Position numbers and translations under genes: made by a program. The notes below the pieces were generated by a model. That model made no database searches. It had not been told where the DNA came from and saw nothing but the letters and a program-made list of their open reading frames with translations. This document shows positions 1-9,462 of a DNA stretch of 64,000 bases, in pieces. Positions within the stretch are counted from its first letter, which is position 1. Each line of letters starts with the position of its first letter. Origin of the DNA: Nostoc sp. (GTDB lineage: Bacteria; Cyanobacteriota; Cyanobacteriia; Cyanobacteriales; Nostocaceae). The stretch covers positions 15,903-79,902 of the forward strand of contig JBALDB010000017.1 of the NCBI GenBank assembly GCA_036918135.1, written 5' to 3'.

Positions 1-309
1 TCAATACTTTTCCTTAAAAAAGTAGACAAGTGCTATCCCTTTTGTCTTATCCTAAGTAAAAAGGCATAAAAAAATAATGCCAACTACGAAGCAAAAATCT
101 ACTTCAGATTTAGTCTGTAAACTGCGGCAACACCTGAATTCTCAAGAACGGGTTGCTGCTAATTTGGGCGTTTCATTTAAAACCGTGAATCGTTAGAAGA
201 ACGGACATAGTATGCCGTAACCGATGGCACTTAAGTTAATTAAAGACCAGTTGCTTGGTGGGTGTGCCGGGTAAAACATTATTAAATTAGTATTTCCCAG
301 AGATGGAGC

Positions 310-3300
310 TTGGCGATGACCTCACAAGAGCAAAAGCCAATTGGTTTAGAAGACATTCTGATTACGGAAGAACTATCTTGTCGCTCGAAGAGAACATCTG
401 ACTTGCAAGCCGAGAACCAAGCTCTACATACTCTGGCTCAGCAACTTGCTCAATCGCCCCAAAGTATGCTCAAAACCCTTGTTGGTGTTGCTAGGAATCT
501 CTGTCAAGCAGGAACTGCCGGGGTCAGCTTACTAGAAGTATCATCCACTGGAGAGTCAATTTTCCGTTGGGTAGCACTGGCTGGAGAGTTAGAGCAATAC
601 GAGCAAATGACAACCCCAAGTAATTTTAGCGCTTGTGGAGTGTGCCTAGAGAGGCGATCGCCCCAACTTTATTTCTACCCCGAACAGTACTTCACTTACT
701 TGGAACAAACCAAACCTGCGATTGTTGAGGGCTTAGTTATTCCTTTAGTGATTGAGGATCAGCCCTTAGGTACGATCTGGATCGTGTCTGACGACGAGCA
801 ACGGCAGTTCGATAGCGAAGATGTGCGGCTTCTTACGAGCTTGGCAAATTTTACCGCCGCCGCCCTGCAAAGTAGTCGCACCCGTCAAGCGGCTGTTGAT
901 GCAGGGCAGGCTCTGCACGAAAGCCAAGCCCAAATGCAAAGCCTGCTTTTAAATATACCAGAGATGGTTTATCGCTATCTACCTGGAGTCGATAGAGCGC
1001 ATCGCTTTGCCTTTGTTAATTCGGGTTGCCTTGATTTATTTGAAGTAGAGCCATCAGCGGCATTACAGGACGCTGATTTAATTTGGAACCAGATTCATCC
1101 CAACGATCGCCTCTCATTTCAAGCATCGGTTACAAGAGCCGTTGAGAACTTTCTTACTTGGGACTGGCAAGGCAGAATTATTACGCCTAGTGGCAAACTT
1201 AAGTGGATTCAAGGCAAGTCGAGTGCGTTACGAACCGCAGACGGAAATGCATGGGACGGCTGGCTGATCGATATTACCGATCGCAAACAAATCAAAGAAG
1301 CCCTGCAAGAAAGTGAGCGAACCATCACAACCATGCTCAGTAATCTGCCGGGAATGGTCTATCGCTGCTTAATGGATGAGAATTATACCTTTGAGTTTGC
1401 GAGTGAGGGATGTCTACAACTGACTGGCTATCGTCCAGCTGACTTTGGGCATAATGGGCAGATTGCTTACGCTGACATTATACATCCAGACGATGGAGAC
1501 CGAATTCGAGATCGAGTCACCACAGCATTAGAGCAACGGCAGCAATTCACTGTGACCTACCGGATCTTCACTGCCAATGGCGATATGCATTGGGTTTGGG
1601 ATCGGGGCATTGGGGTATACGCCACGGATGGAAAACTGATTGCGATCGAAGGGTTTGTTGCTGATTTAACGGAGTCTAAGCAAGCTGAGTCTGCATTACG
1701 AGAAAGCGAGGAGCTAAAGCAACGTATTTTAGAGAGCAGTAAAGACTGCATCAAGGTCTTAACGCTAGAGGGGCATCTCCTTTACCTGAATACAGGGGGG
1801 CTACATCTTTTAGAAGTTGACGATCCGGCATCGATTCTCAATAGCGACTGGGCTAGTTTCTGGCAAGGCGAAGATTATCAACAGGCTCAAGCCGCGCTCG
1901 TAACCGCCAGAATGGGCGATATTGGTCGATTTCAAGGGTATTGTCCCACTCTGAAGCGTCAGCCGAAATGGTGGGATGTAATTGTCACACCGATTCGAGA
2001 TGCCTCAGGACAAGTTGTCCAACTCTTATGCATGTCACGGGACATTACCGAAGCAAAGCACCATGAAACTGAACGCCAACAAGCCCAAATGGCGCTACGA
2101 GAAACGCACGTGCAATTAGAGTCCGCTTTGGTGGCTGGATCGGTTTACACTTGGCGCTGGAACATTAAGAGCGATCGCGTTATTGTTAATGCTGCATTTG
2201 CTCACTTGTTTGGAGTAGACCCCACGCTTGCGACCACAGAAGGGTTGCCGATCGAGCTGTTTATCGCTGCCATGCACGAAGAAGACCGCTTGAGCGTTTG
2301 GCCTGCAATTAATCAAGCGATTAAATCGGGTCAGAGGTATGCCACCCAATACCGCGTTCGCACTGCCAGTGGCGAGGAGCGATGGCTGTCGGCTTGCGGG
2401 CGAGTCGAGTATGATGCGGCTGGCAGTGCTGTTTCTTTTCCTGGCGCACTCATCGATATTACCGAACTAAAACTTGCCGAAGCAGCCTTGCGTCGTTCGG
2501 AGGAACGCTATCGAACGCTGTTTGAGTCCATTGATGATGGCTTCTGCATCATCGAAATGCTGTTTGATGAAAACAATACGCCGAGCGATTACCGCTTTTT
2601 GCAAATCAATCCGGCATTCGAGAAACAAACCGGACTCGTAGAAGCAGAAGGCAAAAGAATGCTTCAACTCGTTCCGACGCATGAAAAGCATTGGTTTGAA
2701 ATTTACGGCAGAATTGCCTTAACGGGTGAACCTGCTCGTTTTGAAAATCGTGCTGAAGCGCTCAACCGTTGGTTTGAGGTGTATGCCTGCCGGATAGGAG
2801 AACCACCAAGTCGGAAAGTCGCCGTCCTGTTCAAGAATATCACCGAGCGCAAGCGCATCGAAGCTGAACGAGAACAAATTCTGCAACGAGAACAAGCCGC
2901 CCGCGAAGCTGCCGAAACTGCAAATAGAATAAAAGATGAATTTTTAGCGGTACTCTCTCACGAGTTGCGATCGCCCCTCAATCCGATTTTAGGTTGGTCG
3001 AGTATGCTTCGCAGCGGTAGATTAAATGCTGCGAAAACAGCTTATGCTTTGGAAACAATCGAACGCAACGCCAAGCTACAGGTACAACTAATTGAGGATT
3101 TGTTAGATGTCTCTCGCATATTGCGTGGCAAACTCAGTCTCAACATGGCTAGAGTTGACTTGGCATCAACCATTACAGCTGCTATGGAAACGGTGCAGTT
3201 AGCTGCCCAAGCTAAATCAATTTCAGTTGAGACGATGTTTGAAAAAGAGGTAGGACAAATCCTTGGGGATTCTGCCCGTTTACAGCAAATTATCTGGAAT

Positions 3301-4059
3301 TTACTTACTAACGCTGTTAAGTTTACGCCTGATGGTGGAAGCGTGGAAATTGAACTTAAGAGCATAGGAGTGCAAGCTCAGATTCAAGTTAGAGATACAG
3401 GCAAAGGTATCGATCCAGACTTTCTCCCCCATGTATTTGAATACTTCCGTCAAGCCGATAGTACAACAACTCGGACATTTGGCGGATTAGGGTTAGGGTT
3501 GGCGATCGTTCATCACTTGGTGGAACTACACGGGGGAACCGTTCGCGCAGACAGCCCAGGAGTTGGACAGGGGGCTACATTCACCGTCGTGCTGCCGCTT
3601 TTTAAAGATGAAAGCCAAACACATTTGGATGAATCAACTTCTTCATCTGTGATTGCAAGTTCCTTATCGCTTCCCCTGGCAAATCTGCGAGTTTTGCTAG
3701 TCGATGACGATACAGACACACGAAATTTGATTGCTTTTATACTAGAGCAAAATGGTGCCCTCGTTACCTCAACAACTTCCGCAATCGAAGCTTTGCAAGT
3801 TTTTAAGCAAACAAACTTTGATTTGTTGGTCAGCGATATTGGAATGCCTCGAATGGACGGCTATATGCTGATGCAGCAAATCCGGGCAATCACGCGCCCT
3901 GAAGGCAGAGAAATTTTGGCGATCGCTCTGACTGCCTATGCCGGAGAAATCAACCAACAGCAAGCGTTCGCAGTAGGGTTTCAAAGACATGTTACCAAAC
4001 CAATTGAGCCAGAAAATCTGGTGAAGGTTATTGCCGATCTAATCAAGGCTCAATCCTGA
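310..4059 (+). CDS. Hybrid sensor histidine kinase (GAF, multiple PAS/PAC, HisKA, HATPase, receiver)
   Basis: N-terminal GAF-like region, repeated PAS/PAC units (IHPDD...W...DITERK), H-box FLAVLSHELRSPLNPILG, N-box NLLTNAVKFT, G-boxes DTGKGI and GGLGLGL, C-terminal REC (LLVDDD...SDIGMP...KP). TTG start is uncertain. Confidence 0.93.
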   Translation: MAMTSQEQKPIGLEDILITEELSCRSKRTSDLQAENQALHTLAQQLAQSPQSMLKTLVGVARNLCQAGTAGVSLLEVSSTGESIFRWVALAGELEQYEQMTTPSNFSACGVCLERRSPQLYFYPEQYFTYLEQTKPAIVEGLVIPLVIEDQPLGTIWIVSDDEQRQFDSEDVRLLTSLANFTAAALQSSRTRQAAVDAGQALHESQAQMQSLLLNIPEMVYRYLPGVDRAHRFAFVNSGCLDLFEVEPSAALQDADLIWNQIHPNDRLSFQASVTRAVENFLTWDWQGRIITPSGKLKWIQGKSSALRTADGNAWDGWLIDITDRKQIKEALQESERTITTMLSNLPGMVYRCLMDENYTFEFASEGCLQLTGYRPADFGHNGQIAYADIIHPDDGDRIRDRVTTALEQRQQFTVTYRIFTANGDMHWVWDRGIGVYATDGKLIAIEGFVADLTESKQAESALRESEELKQRILESSKDCIKVLTLEGHLLYLNTGGLHLLEVDDPASILNSDWASFWQGEDYQQAQAALVTARMGDIGRFQGYCPTLKRQPKWWDVIVTPIRDASGQVVQLLCMSRDITEAKHHETERQQAQMALRETHVQLESALVAGSVYTWRWNIKSDRVIVNAAFAHLFGVDPTLATTEGLPIELFIAAMHEEDRLSVWPAINQAIKSGQRYATQYRVRTASGEERWLSACGRVEYDAAGSAVSFPGALIDITELKLAEAALRRSEERYRTLFESIDDGFCIIEMLFDENNTPSDYRFLQINPAFEKQTGLVEAEGKRMLQLVPTHEKHWFEIYGRIALTGEPARFENRAEALNRWFEVYACRIGEPPSRKVAVLFKNITERKRIEAEREQILQREQAAREAAETANRIKDEFLAVLSHELRSPLNPILGWSSMLRSGRLNAAKTAYALETIERNAKLQVQLIEDLLDVSRILRGKLSLNMARVDLASTITAAMETVQLAAQAKSISVETMFEKEVGQILGDSARLQQIIWNLLTNAVKFTPDGGSVEIELKSIGVQAQIQVRDTGKGIDPDFLPHVFEYFRQADSTTTRTFGGLGLGLAIVHHLVELHGGTVRADSPGVGQGATFTVVLPLFKDESQTHLDESTSSSVIASSLSLPLANLRVLLVDDDTDTRNLIAFILEQNGALVTSTTSAIEALQVFKQTNFDLLVSDIGMPRMDGYMLMQQIRAITRPEGREILAIALTAYAGEINQQQAFAVGFQRHVTKPIEPENLVKVIADLIKAQS

Positions 4060-4622
4060 AAACCCCAAAATGTAAAGGACAAGCCTGACATTCCTATTTG
4101 GCAGACTGAACAAAAGTACTATAGCGACAAATCATTTAGGATTGCGATACAAGTAAGAAACTAAATTGAACTAACTAGAATCGGTTAAATTATCAAATCT
4201 TTAACTTGTTGAAAGAGTTGGGAATTTTATTGTTCGTAGTTATATTAAAATTGAACTTCATAATTTATTGATATTTTTGTGACTTAGGCACAGACAAAAT
4301 GTGAGTACTTTACAACTAGTCGTAAAGTTTCCATCGTGTTGACACACGATTGATATATGATTTGCTTAAGCTTTTTAAATGAAGGACTAGTCCCAATAGG
4401 AAAGATTTAAAAAGGTGATATGAATTTTTATCTATAAATAACATATAACAATCCTATTTGAGTTAGAAAATATCTTATTGCTGACTGTTAACTGTTAACA
4501 GTAGCAATATTTCGCTTTTTTATTTAAGGGAATTCTAGCTTTCCATTCCCTATTTTTAAAGCAGGGTTATAAAAGATTCAAGTTTAGGAAATTTTTGGTA
4601 AACAATTAAATATGAATTTTAT

Positions 4623-5531
4623 ATGAAAATCAAAAATTCTCAAATTTTAATTAGTTTGTTAGGAGCGATCGCACTCCTGACCACCGCTGGTTATTATTAT
4701 GTATTTATCTTAGGTGCGCCGCAACTAGACCCACCCCAAGAACAAGCAAATACTGGGTTAAAGTTTCAAGTAGCAACCTTCAACTCCCAAGCAATGGGTG
4801 CAGTCCGCAGCTATGGTGTAATTTTGCCACCTGACTATCACAAAAATCAACAAAAGCGCTACCCCGTGATATTCTTACTACATGGAGGACATGACGATGC
4901 TCGTGCTTATGCTGATAAATATGCAATTATAGAGGTGTTGCATGAACTTTATCAAACTAAAAAATTACCGCCATCGATTGTGATTACACCTGATGGTAAT
5001 GATAATCGTGGTTCCAGTCCTTTGTACGATCCTGATTATTTTGACGGCCCCAATGGCAAAGTCGGCACTTTGATTGGCTCAGAATTAGTACAAGTTGTCA
5101 AGTCACACTACCGGACTTTAGAAAAACCCCAATTCTGGGCGCTAGGAGGTATATCTTCTGGGGGATGGGGAGCTTTTAATATTGGGTTTCGCTATCTCAA
5201 CAACTTCAATATTCTGTTTAGCCATAGCGGTTATTTTACTGATAGCAGCGGTTCACAAAATAGTCCCCAACAAATTGTCCAACAGCTACCAATTCCAGAT
5301 AGAAAACAATTGCGAATTTATCTAGACGCAGGTGTGAATGATACTAATTTATTAGCTTCTACTAAAGCCTTCAACGAAACCTTAAATCAGTTAAGCATTG
5401 CTCATGTATTTTATGCATTTCCAGGTGGTCATGGTTTGTCTGGTGCCGATATTGGTTGGAACTACTTCCACAAACATCTCAAAGATTCTCTCTCCTATGT
5501 AGGAAAACAGTTTAAAAATTTAGGAGCTTAG
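4623..5531 (+). CDS. Membrane-anchored alpha/beta-hydrolase, putative esterase family
   Basis: N-terminal TM segment, YPVIFLLHG, nucleophile elbow GISSGG, C-terminal GGH. Confidence 0.85.
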   Translation: MKIKNSQILISLLGAIALLTTAGYYYVFILGAPQLDPPQEQANTGLKFQVATFNSQAMGAVRSYGVILPPDYHKNQQKRYPVIFLLHGGHDDARAYADKYAIIEVLHELYQTKKLPPSIVITPDGNDNRGSSPLYDPDYFDGPNGKVGTLIGSELVQVVKSHYRTLEKPQFWALGGISSGGWGAFNIGFRYLNNFNILFSHSGYFTDSSGSQNSPQQIVQQLPIPDRKQLRIYLDAGVNDTNLLASTKAFNETLNQLSIAHVFYAFPGGHGLSGADIGWNYFHKHLKDSLSYVGKQFKNLGA

Positions 5532-5564
5532 AATTTAATAATTTTAACAGTAAAACTATTAAAA

Positions 5565-7235
5565 ATGACAAATAATTTAAAAACTCAGATTGGACTTTGG
5601 AGTGCAGCGTTACTTACAGCCTTAGTTGGCGTAGTAAATTTGTTATCAGCAGTAACACCTAACCTCTACGGAAGAAATCAATGGTTAAAGGAATTTTTAC
5701 CATTTGAAATTCGTGCTACTGGTCATATTTTTGCAGCACTAACTGGGTTTATTTTACTTACACTTGCTACTAATTTATTACGAAGAAAAAGAATAGCTTG
5801 GTTACTTACTCTTAGTCTGCTAATAGTTTCCATTTTTAGCCACTTGCTGAAAGGATTGGACTATGAAGAAAGTCTACTATCGGGAGTTTTATTAGTGCAA
5901 TTAATTCTGATGCGCCATATTTTTACAGCGCAATCAGACCGTCCTTCTATTGGACGGGGAGTGCGAGTGCTTCTCGGTGCTTTATTATTTACGCTGGCAT
6001 ACGGAACCATTGGATTTTATTTGTTAGACGGCAAGTTCTCGGAGAATTTTAATTGGCGTCAAGCTGTACTTCAAACTTTAGCAATGTTCTTTACTGAGGA
6101 CAATTTAGGACTACAACCAAAGAGTAATTTTGGAGAGTTTTTTGCTAATTCTATCTATATTATTGCAGCAGTTACTATTACATACGCAATAATAATGTTA
6201 TTACAACCTGTATTATGGCGTAATTTAGTAACTCCTCATGAGCGACAAAAAGCTAAAGAAATTGTCGAACAAAATGGACATTCTTCTTTAGCAGCTTTGA
6301 CACTTTTAAATGATAAAAGTTATTATTTCAGCCCTTCTAGTAAAAGTCTGATTGCTTATGTTCCCAAAGGACGAGGTGCGATCGCCTTAGGCGATCCCAT
6401 AGGGCCAATTGAAGACCGCAAAGAGACAATTATTGCTTTTCAACAGTTTTGTCAACGCAACGATTGGTATCCCGCTTTTTACCAAACTTTGCCCGATGAT
6501 GTTGAGCTTTACAAATTATTGGGATTTCGAGTACTCAAAATTGGAGAAGAAGCGATCGTTGATTTGAAAAGTTTTACTCTACAAGGTAAAGCTGGGAAAA
6601 ATTTTAGACCATCAATCAATCGTTTAACTAAATTAGGATACCGAATTAACTTTTACCAACCACCAATTGACAATGATTTATTGCACTTACTTAAACCCGT
6701 AAGCGATGAATGGCTAAAGATGGTACAAGGTTCGGAAAAACACTTTTCTTTAGGTTGGTTTGATGAAGCTTATTTGCGAGAGTGCGAGATTGCTGTGATG
6801 CATAGTCCAGAAGGTCAAATCATTGCCTTTGCTAATATTATCCCAGAGTATCAACTCAACGAAGCAACTATTGATTTGATGCGCTATCGCCCGTCCATTG
6901 AAAATGGCACAATGGACTTTTTATTTATTTCGCTGCTCCAGCATTTTAAAGAATATGGTTATGATAGCTTTAATTTCGGTCTTTCTGCCCTAGCAGGAGT
7001 TGGAGATAACCCAGAATCGCGCCGCTTAGAGAAAATATTGCACTATCTTTACGAGCATTTGAGTCGCTTCTACAATTTCCAAGGATTGCACGCCTACAAA
7101 GAGAAGTTCCATCCCCGTTGGGAAGCACGCTATTTAGTGTATCCTAGTTTAGCTGCTTTACCAGATGTAGTTGTAGCATTGATTCGCGCTGATTCAGGCG
7201 ATCGCCTTTTTGATTATTTCAAACCTGGAGCCTAA
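5565..7235 (+). CDS. MprF-like phosphatidylglycerol aminoacyltransferase domain protein (DUF2156)
   Basis: N-terminal TM helices, then ALGDPIG, KIGEEAIVDL, IDLMR, FYNFQGLHAYKEKFHPRWE motifs. Confidence 0.9.
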   Translation: MTNNLKTQIGLWSAALLTALVGVVNLLSAVTPNLYGRNQWLKEFLPFEIRATGHIFAALTGFILLTLATNLLRRKRIAWLLTLSLLIVSIFSHLLKGLDYEESLLSGVLLVQLILMRHIFTAQSDRPSIGRGVRVLLGALLFTLAYGTIGFYLLDGKFSENFNWRQAVLQTLAMFFTEDNLGLQPKSNFGEFFANSIYIIAAVTITYAIIMLLQPVLWRNLVTPHERQKAKEIVEQNGHSSLAALTLLNDKSYYFSPSSKSLIAYVPKGRGAIALGDPIGPIEDRKETIIAFQQFCQRNDWYPAFYQTLPDDVELYKLLGFRVLKIGEEAIVDLKSFTLQGKAGKNFRPSINRLTKLGYRINFYQPPIDNDLLHLLKPVSDEWLKMVQGSEKHFSLGWFDEAYLRECEIAVMHSPEGQIIAFANIIPEYQLNEATIDLMRYRPSIENGTMDFLFISLLQHFKEYGYDSFNFGLSALAGVGDNPESRRLEKILHYLYEHLSRFYNFQGLHAYKEKFHPRWEARYLVYPSLAALPDVVVALIRADSGDRLFDYFKPGA

Positions 7236-7400
7236 ATGTGCAAAAATTATGCCCTAATTGAAAAAATTCGCCATGATTTTGCTCAAATCGCTTTGGATGA
7301 GCAAGAAGGCTGGAATCACAACAGTCATTATCATAATTTTCTCCTCAAATAGTTACCATTACACTGTCAAAAGGTTCTTGATATTAGGTATGGAACCAAA
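7236..7400 (+). pseudogene. Relic of a class I SAM-dependent methyltransferase N-terminus
   Basis: Translates MCKNYALIEKIRHDFAQIALDEQEGWNHNSHYHNFLLK*LPLHCQKVLDIRYGT. In-frame TAG at 7350-7352, and motif I appears decayed (LDIGCGTG to LDIRYGTK). Confidence 0.6.
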
Positions 7401-7551
7401 ATGCAGAGATTGAACTGTTACTATTAGTTGGGTTGAGGTACGTAGCAAGCTCGTGTAGGGTAACCTAACATCCTTAAGACTGTTGCGAGATTATAAAGAA
7501 TTGGTATAACACGCTATCACAAGGCAATTTCTACGACGACAGCTACACAAC

Positions 7552-7585
7552 TTGACATTTATATAGTACAATTGTACTATATAAA
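7552..7585 (+). promoter_or_regulatory. Sigma70 promoter overlapped by a LexA box
   Basis: TTGACA (7552-7557), 17 nt, TACTAT (7575-7580). AGTACAATTGTACT (7565-7578) fits the cyanobacterial LexA consensus RGTACNNNDGTWCB and lies within a perfect 28-bp palindrome (7558-7585). Confidence 0.8.
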
Positions 7586-7828
7586 GATGAATATCTGGTG
7601 AGTATGTAACTCGAAGTTTGGCAGAAAATACCCAAACTTTGTAATCACTGAACGCCCATAGTAGCTAGTTAGTGAAGCAATTGCGATCGCACAGTATTTA
7701 TTTGTGTGAAATATGCCAATTAGCATCAATTTCTTGTATGTTTACTCTTCTATTTTGCATAGTTTAAATAGCTTCTTTTAGCAAATTAATCAGTTTAATT
7801 AACCATAGTTTTCTTCAAAGGTGATAAG

Positions 7829-9220
7829 ATGAAAAATCATAAAATTTCTTTGGTAGAACTAATCCAAATTTTTGCAGAATATCACAACAATATTATTGTC
7901 AATATTAAACACCTCGAAGAAAATTATCAAAGAACAGGTATCAAGCGTGTTAAAGGTGTGAGAGACGAAAAAGGAGAACTGCTGCAACCTTGGTTGCGAA
8001 CAGAAAATATAGATAATGCTGAATATGTTGGTATGGGCGAGTTTCACTTTAATCGCAATACCGCTACTATTAATATGCTAATCAAACGTCAAGTCAAACT
8101 TGCTAAATTAGTAGATAAAACTCCAACTCTTGAGATAGCAGGTTTGTTAGTCAATAACCTCAATAGCTTTAACAATTATACTATTGTCAGGGAAGGTAAA
8201 ATAAACCTCAAATCCTTAAAAGTTAAAATTAGTAGTAAAAAAGCTTTTAACTTGCTTAAAGAAAAAGATGTGTTGGATGTAAAAGATTTTGATTTTCGTG
8301 CTGAATATACTATCCAGCTAGATAACTTGCCGCTTGTAGCTGCTGATAGTCATTACAGCAACATTGATGGACTATTCAATCACCTTGCAGAAATTAAAAT
8401 ACTTAATAGTATTATTTCTGCTCATTTGAAAAAGGAATCAGATATATTTGTAGCAGAACAGTTAGATGAGCTTAAAAAGCACTATCTCTCCAAGAATGTT
8501 TATATCAACTTTCCGACAACTAATGAATACACAGACATCCAGCAAGCTCTAGTGAATGGTACTCTGGAATCGAGATTGAGCTATAAAATAGACATTGGTA
8601 GTCAAGATATTCTGAACTTGAGTAAGTTACGTTCTGCTAACAAATTTTTGAATAGAATGTATCGTCTTTATGATAAAAAGACTGGAGAAATTATCACCAA
8701 GCCAAGTTTTGAGATGGTATTTAATGAGAACCTTGCTGTTAGGCAGAGGCTACTATCATCACGTACCAAAATTACAAAAGTAGATGAGTTTATGCTCCCA
8801 ATTTTTGATGATTTTCTTGGACTTGAGCAAAATGGTATAATCATAGATATTCTTATGAAAGTTGGTGCTGATAGTTTGGCACAGTTATTGCAGGATAAAC
8901 AAACTGGCAAACAAATTAGTAAAGAAGAAATGGTTACAGCTTTAACAACTGCAAATACTAAGTTAGAGCAGTATGCTGAAAAAATTTACCAATACAAGAT
9001 TTCTCCCTTAGTATTTTACATTGGTTGTACTGGAGTATTGCCAAAAACAATGCAAGCAAAAGCCATGACTTCTAAAGAAGCTGCTACTAAATATCCCAAT
9101 TTGGAATTTTCTAAAAATGAGCAACAAGGTACTTTTTTTGCAGTTGGTAATAGTCTTCTTAGTATCTATGCAAAAACAGAATATTACAGTAAACTTGTTT
9201 CTGTTGGCATAGACAATTAG
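7829..9220 (+). CDS. Uncharacterised 463-aa protein
   Basis: Long AT-rich ORF with RBS-like AAGGTG; no catalytic motif recognised. Confidence 0.8.
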   Translation: MKNHKISLVELIQIFAEYHNNIIVNIKHLEENYQRTGIKRVKGVRDEKGELLQPWLRTENIDNAEYVGMGEFHFNRNTATINMLIKRQVKLAKLVDKTPTLEIAGLLVNNLNSFNNYTIVREGKINLKSLKVKISSKKAFNLLKEKDVLDVKDFDFRAEYTIQLDNLPLVAADSHYSNIDGLFNHLAEIKILNSIISAHLKKESDIFVAEQLDELKKHYLSKNVYINFPTTNEYTDIQQALVNGTLESRLSYKIDIGSQDILNLSKLRSANKFLNRMYRLYDKKTGEIITKPSFEMVFNENLAVRQRLLSSRTKITKVDEFMLPIFDDFLGLEQNGIIIDILMKVGADSLAQLLQDKQTGKQISKEEMVTALTTANTKLEQYAEKIYQYKISPLVFYIGCTGVLPKTMQAKAMTSKEAATKYPNLEFSKNEQQGTFFAVGNSLLSIYAKTEYYSKLVSVGIDN

Positions 9221-9307
9221 ATTGCATAGCAATTCTAATTTTACTGATTAGACAGTAGTGGTACAAGCTTTTGTACCATTAAAAATATATATTATTAATC
9301 TAATTGA

Positions 9308-9407
9308 TATAGCAGGAGGCAGAAGGCAGAAGGCAGGAGGTAGAACTATTAGTATTCATAGCATTCACGCTTGTCATAATGTCCTAATCTATATGACTAC
9401 GGCTATA
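9308..9407. mobile_element. ~100-bp MITE-like dispersed element with TATAGC...GCTATA ends (copy 1)
   Basis: Similar to 14705-14795, to the reverse complement of 18810-18918 and to a partial copy at 52350-52410. Contains GGCAG(A/G)A heptamers. Confidence 0.65.
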
Positions 9408-9462
9408 ACTATTGAAAATAATTTATCTACAATTTAAGAATATTAATTTTTTAACAGCTTTA

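Noticed and set aside
9259..9278. TGGTACAAGCTTTTGTACCA as a second LexA box
   Set aside because: Half-site spacing is wrong and it lies after a stop codon; more likely a terminator-like hairpin.
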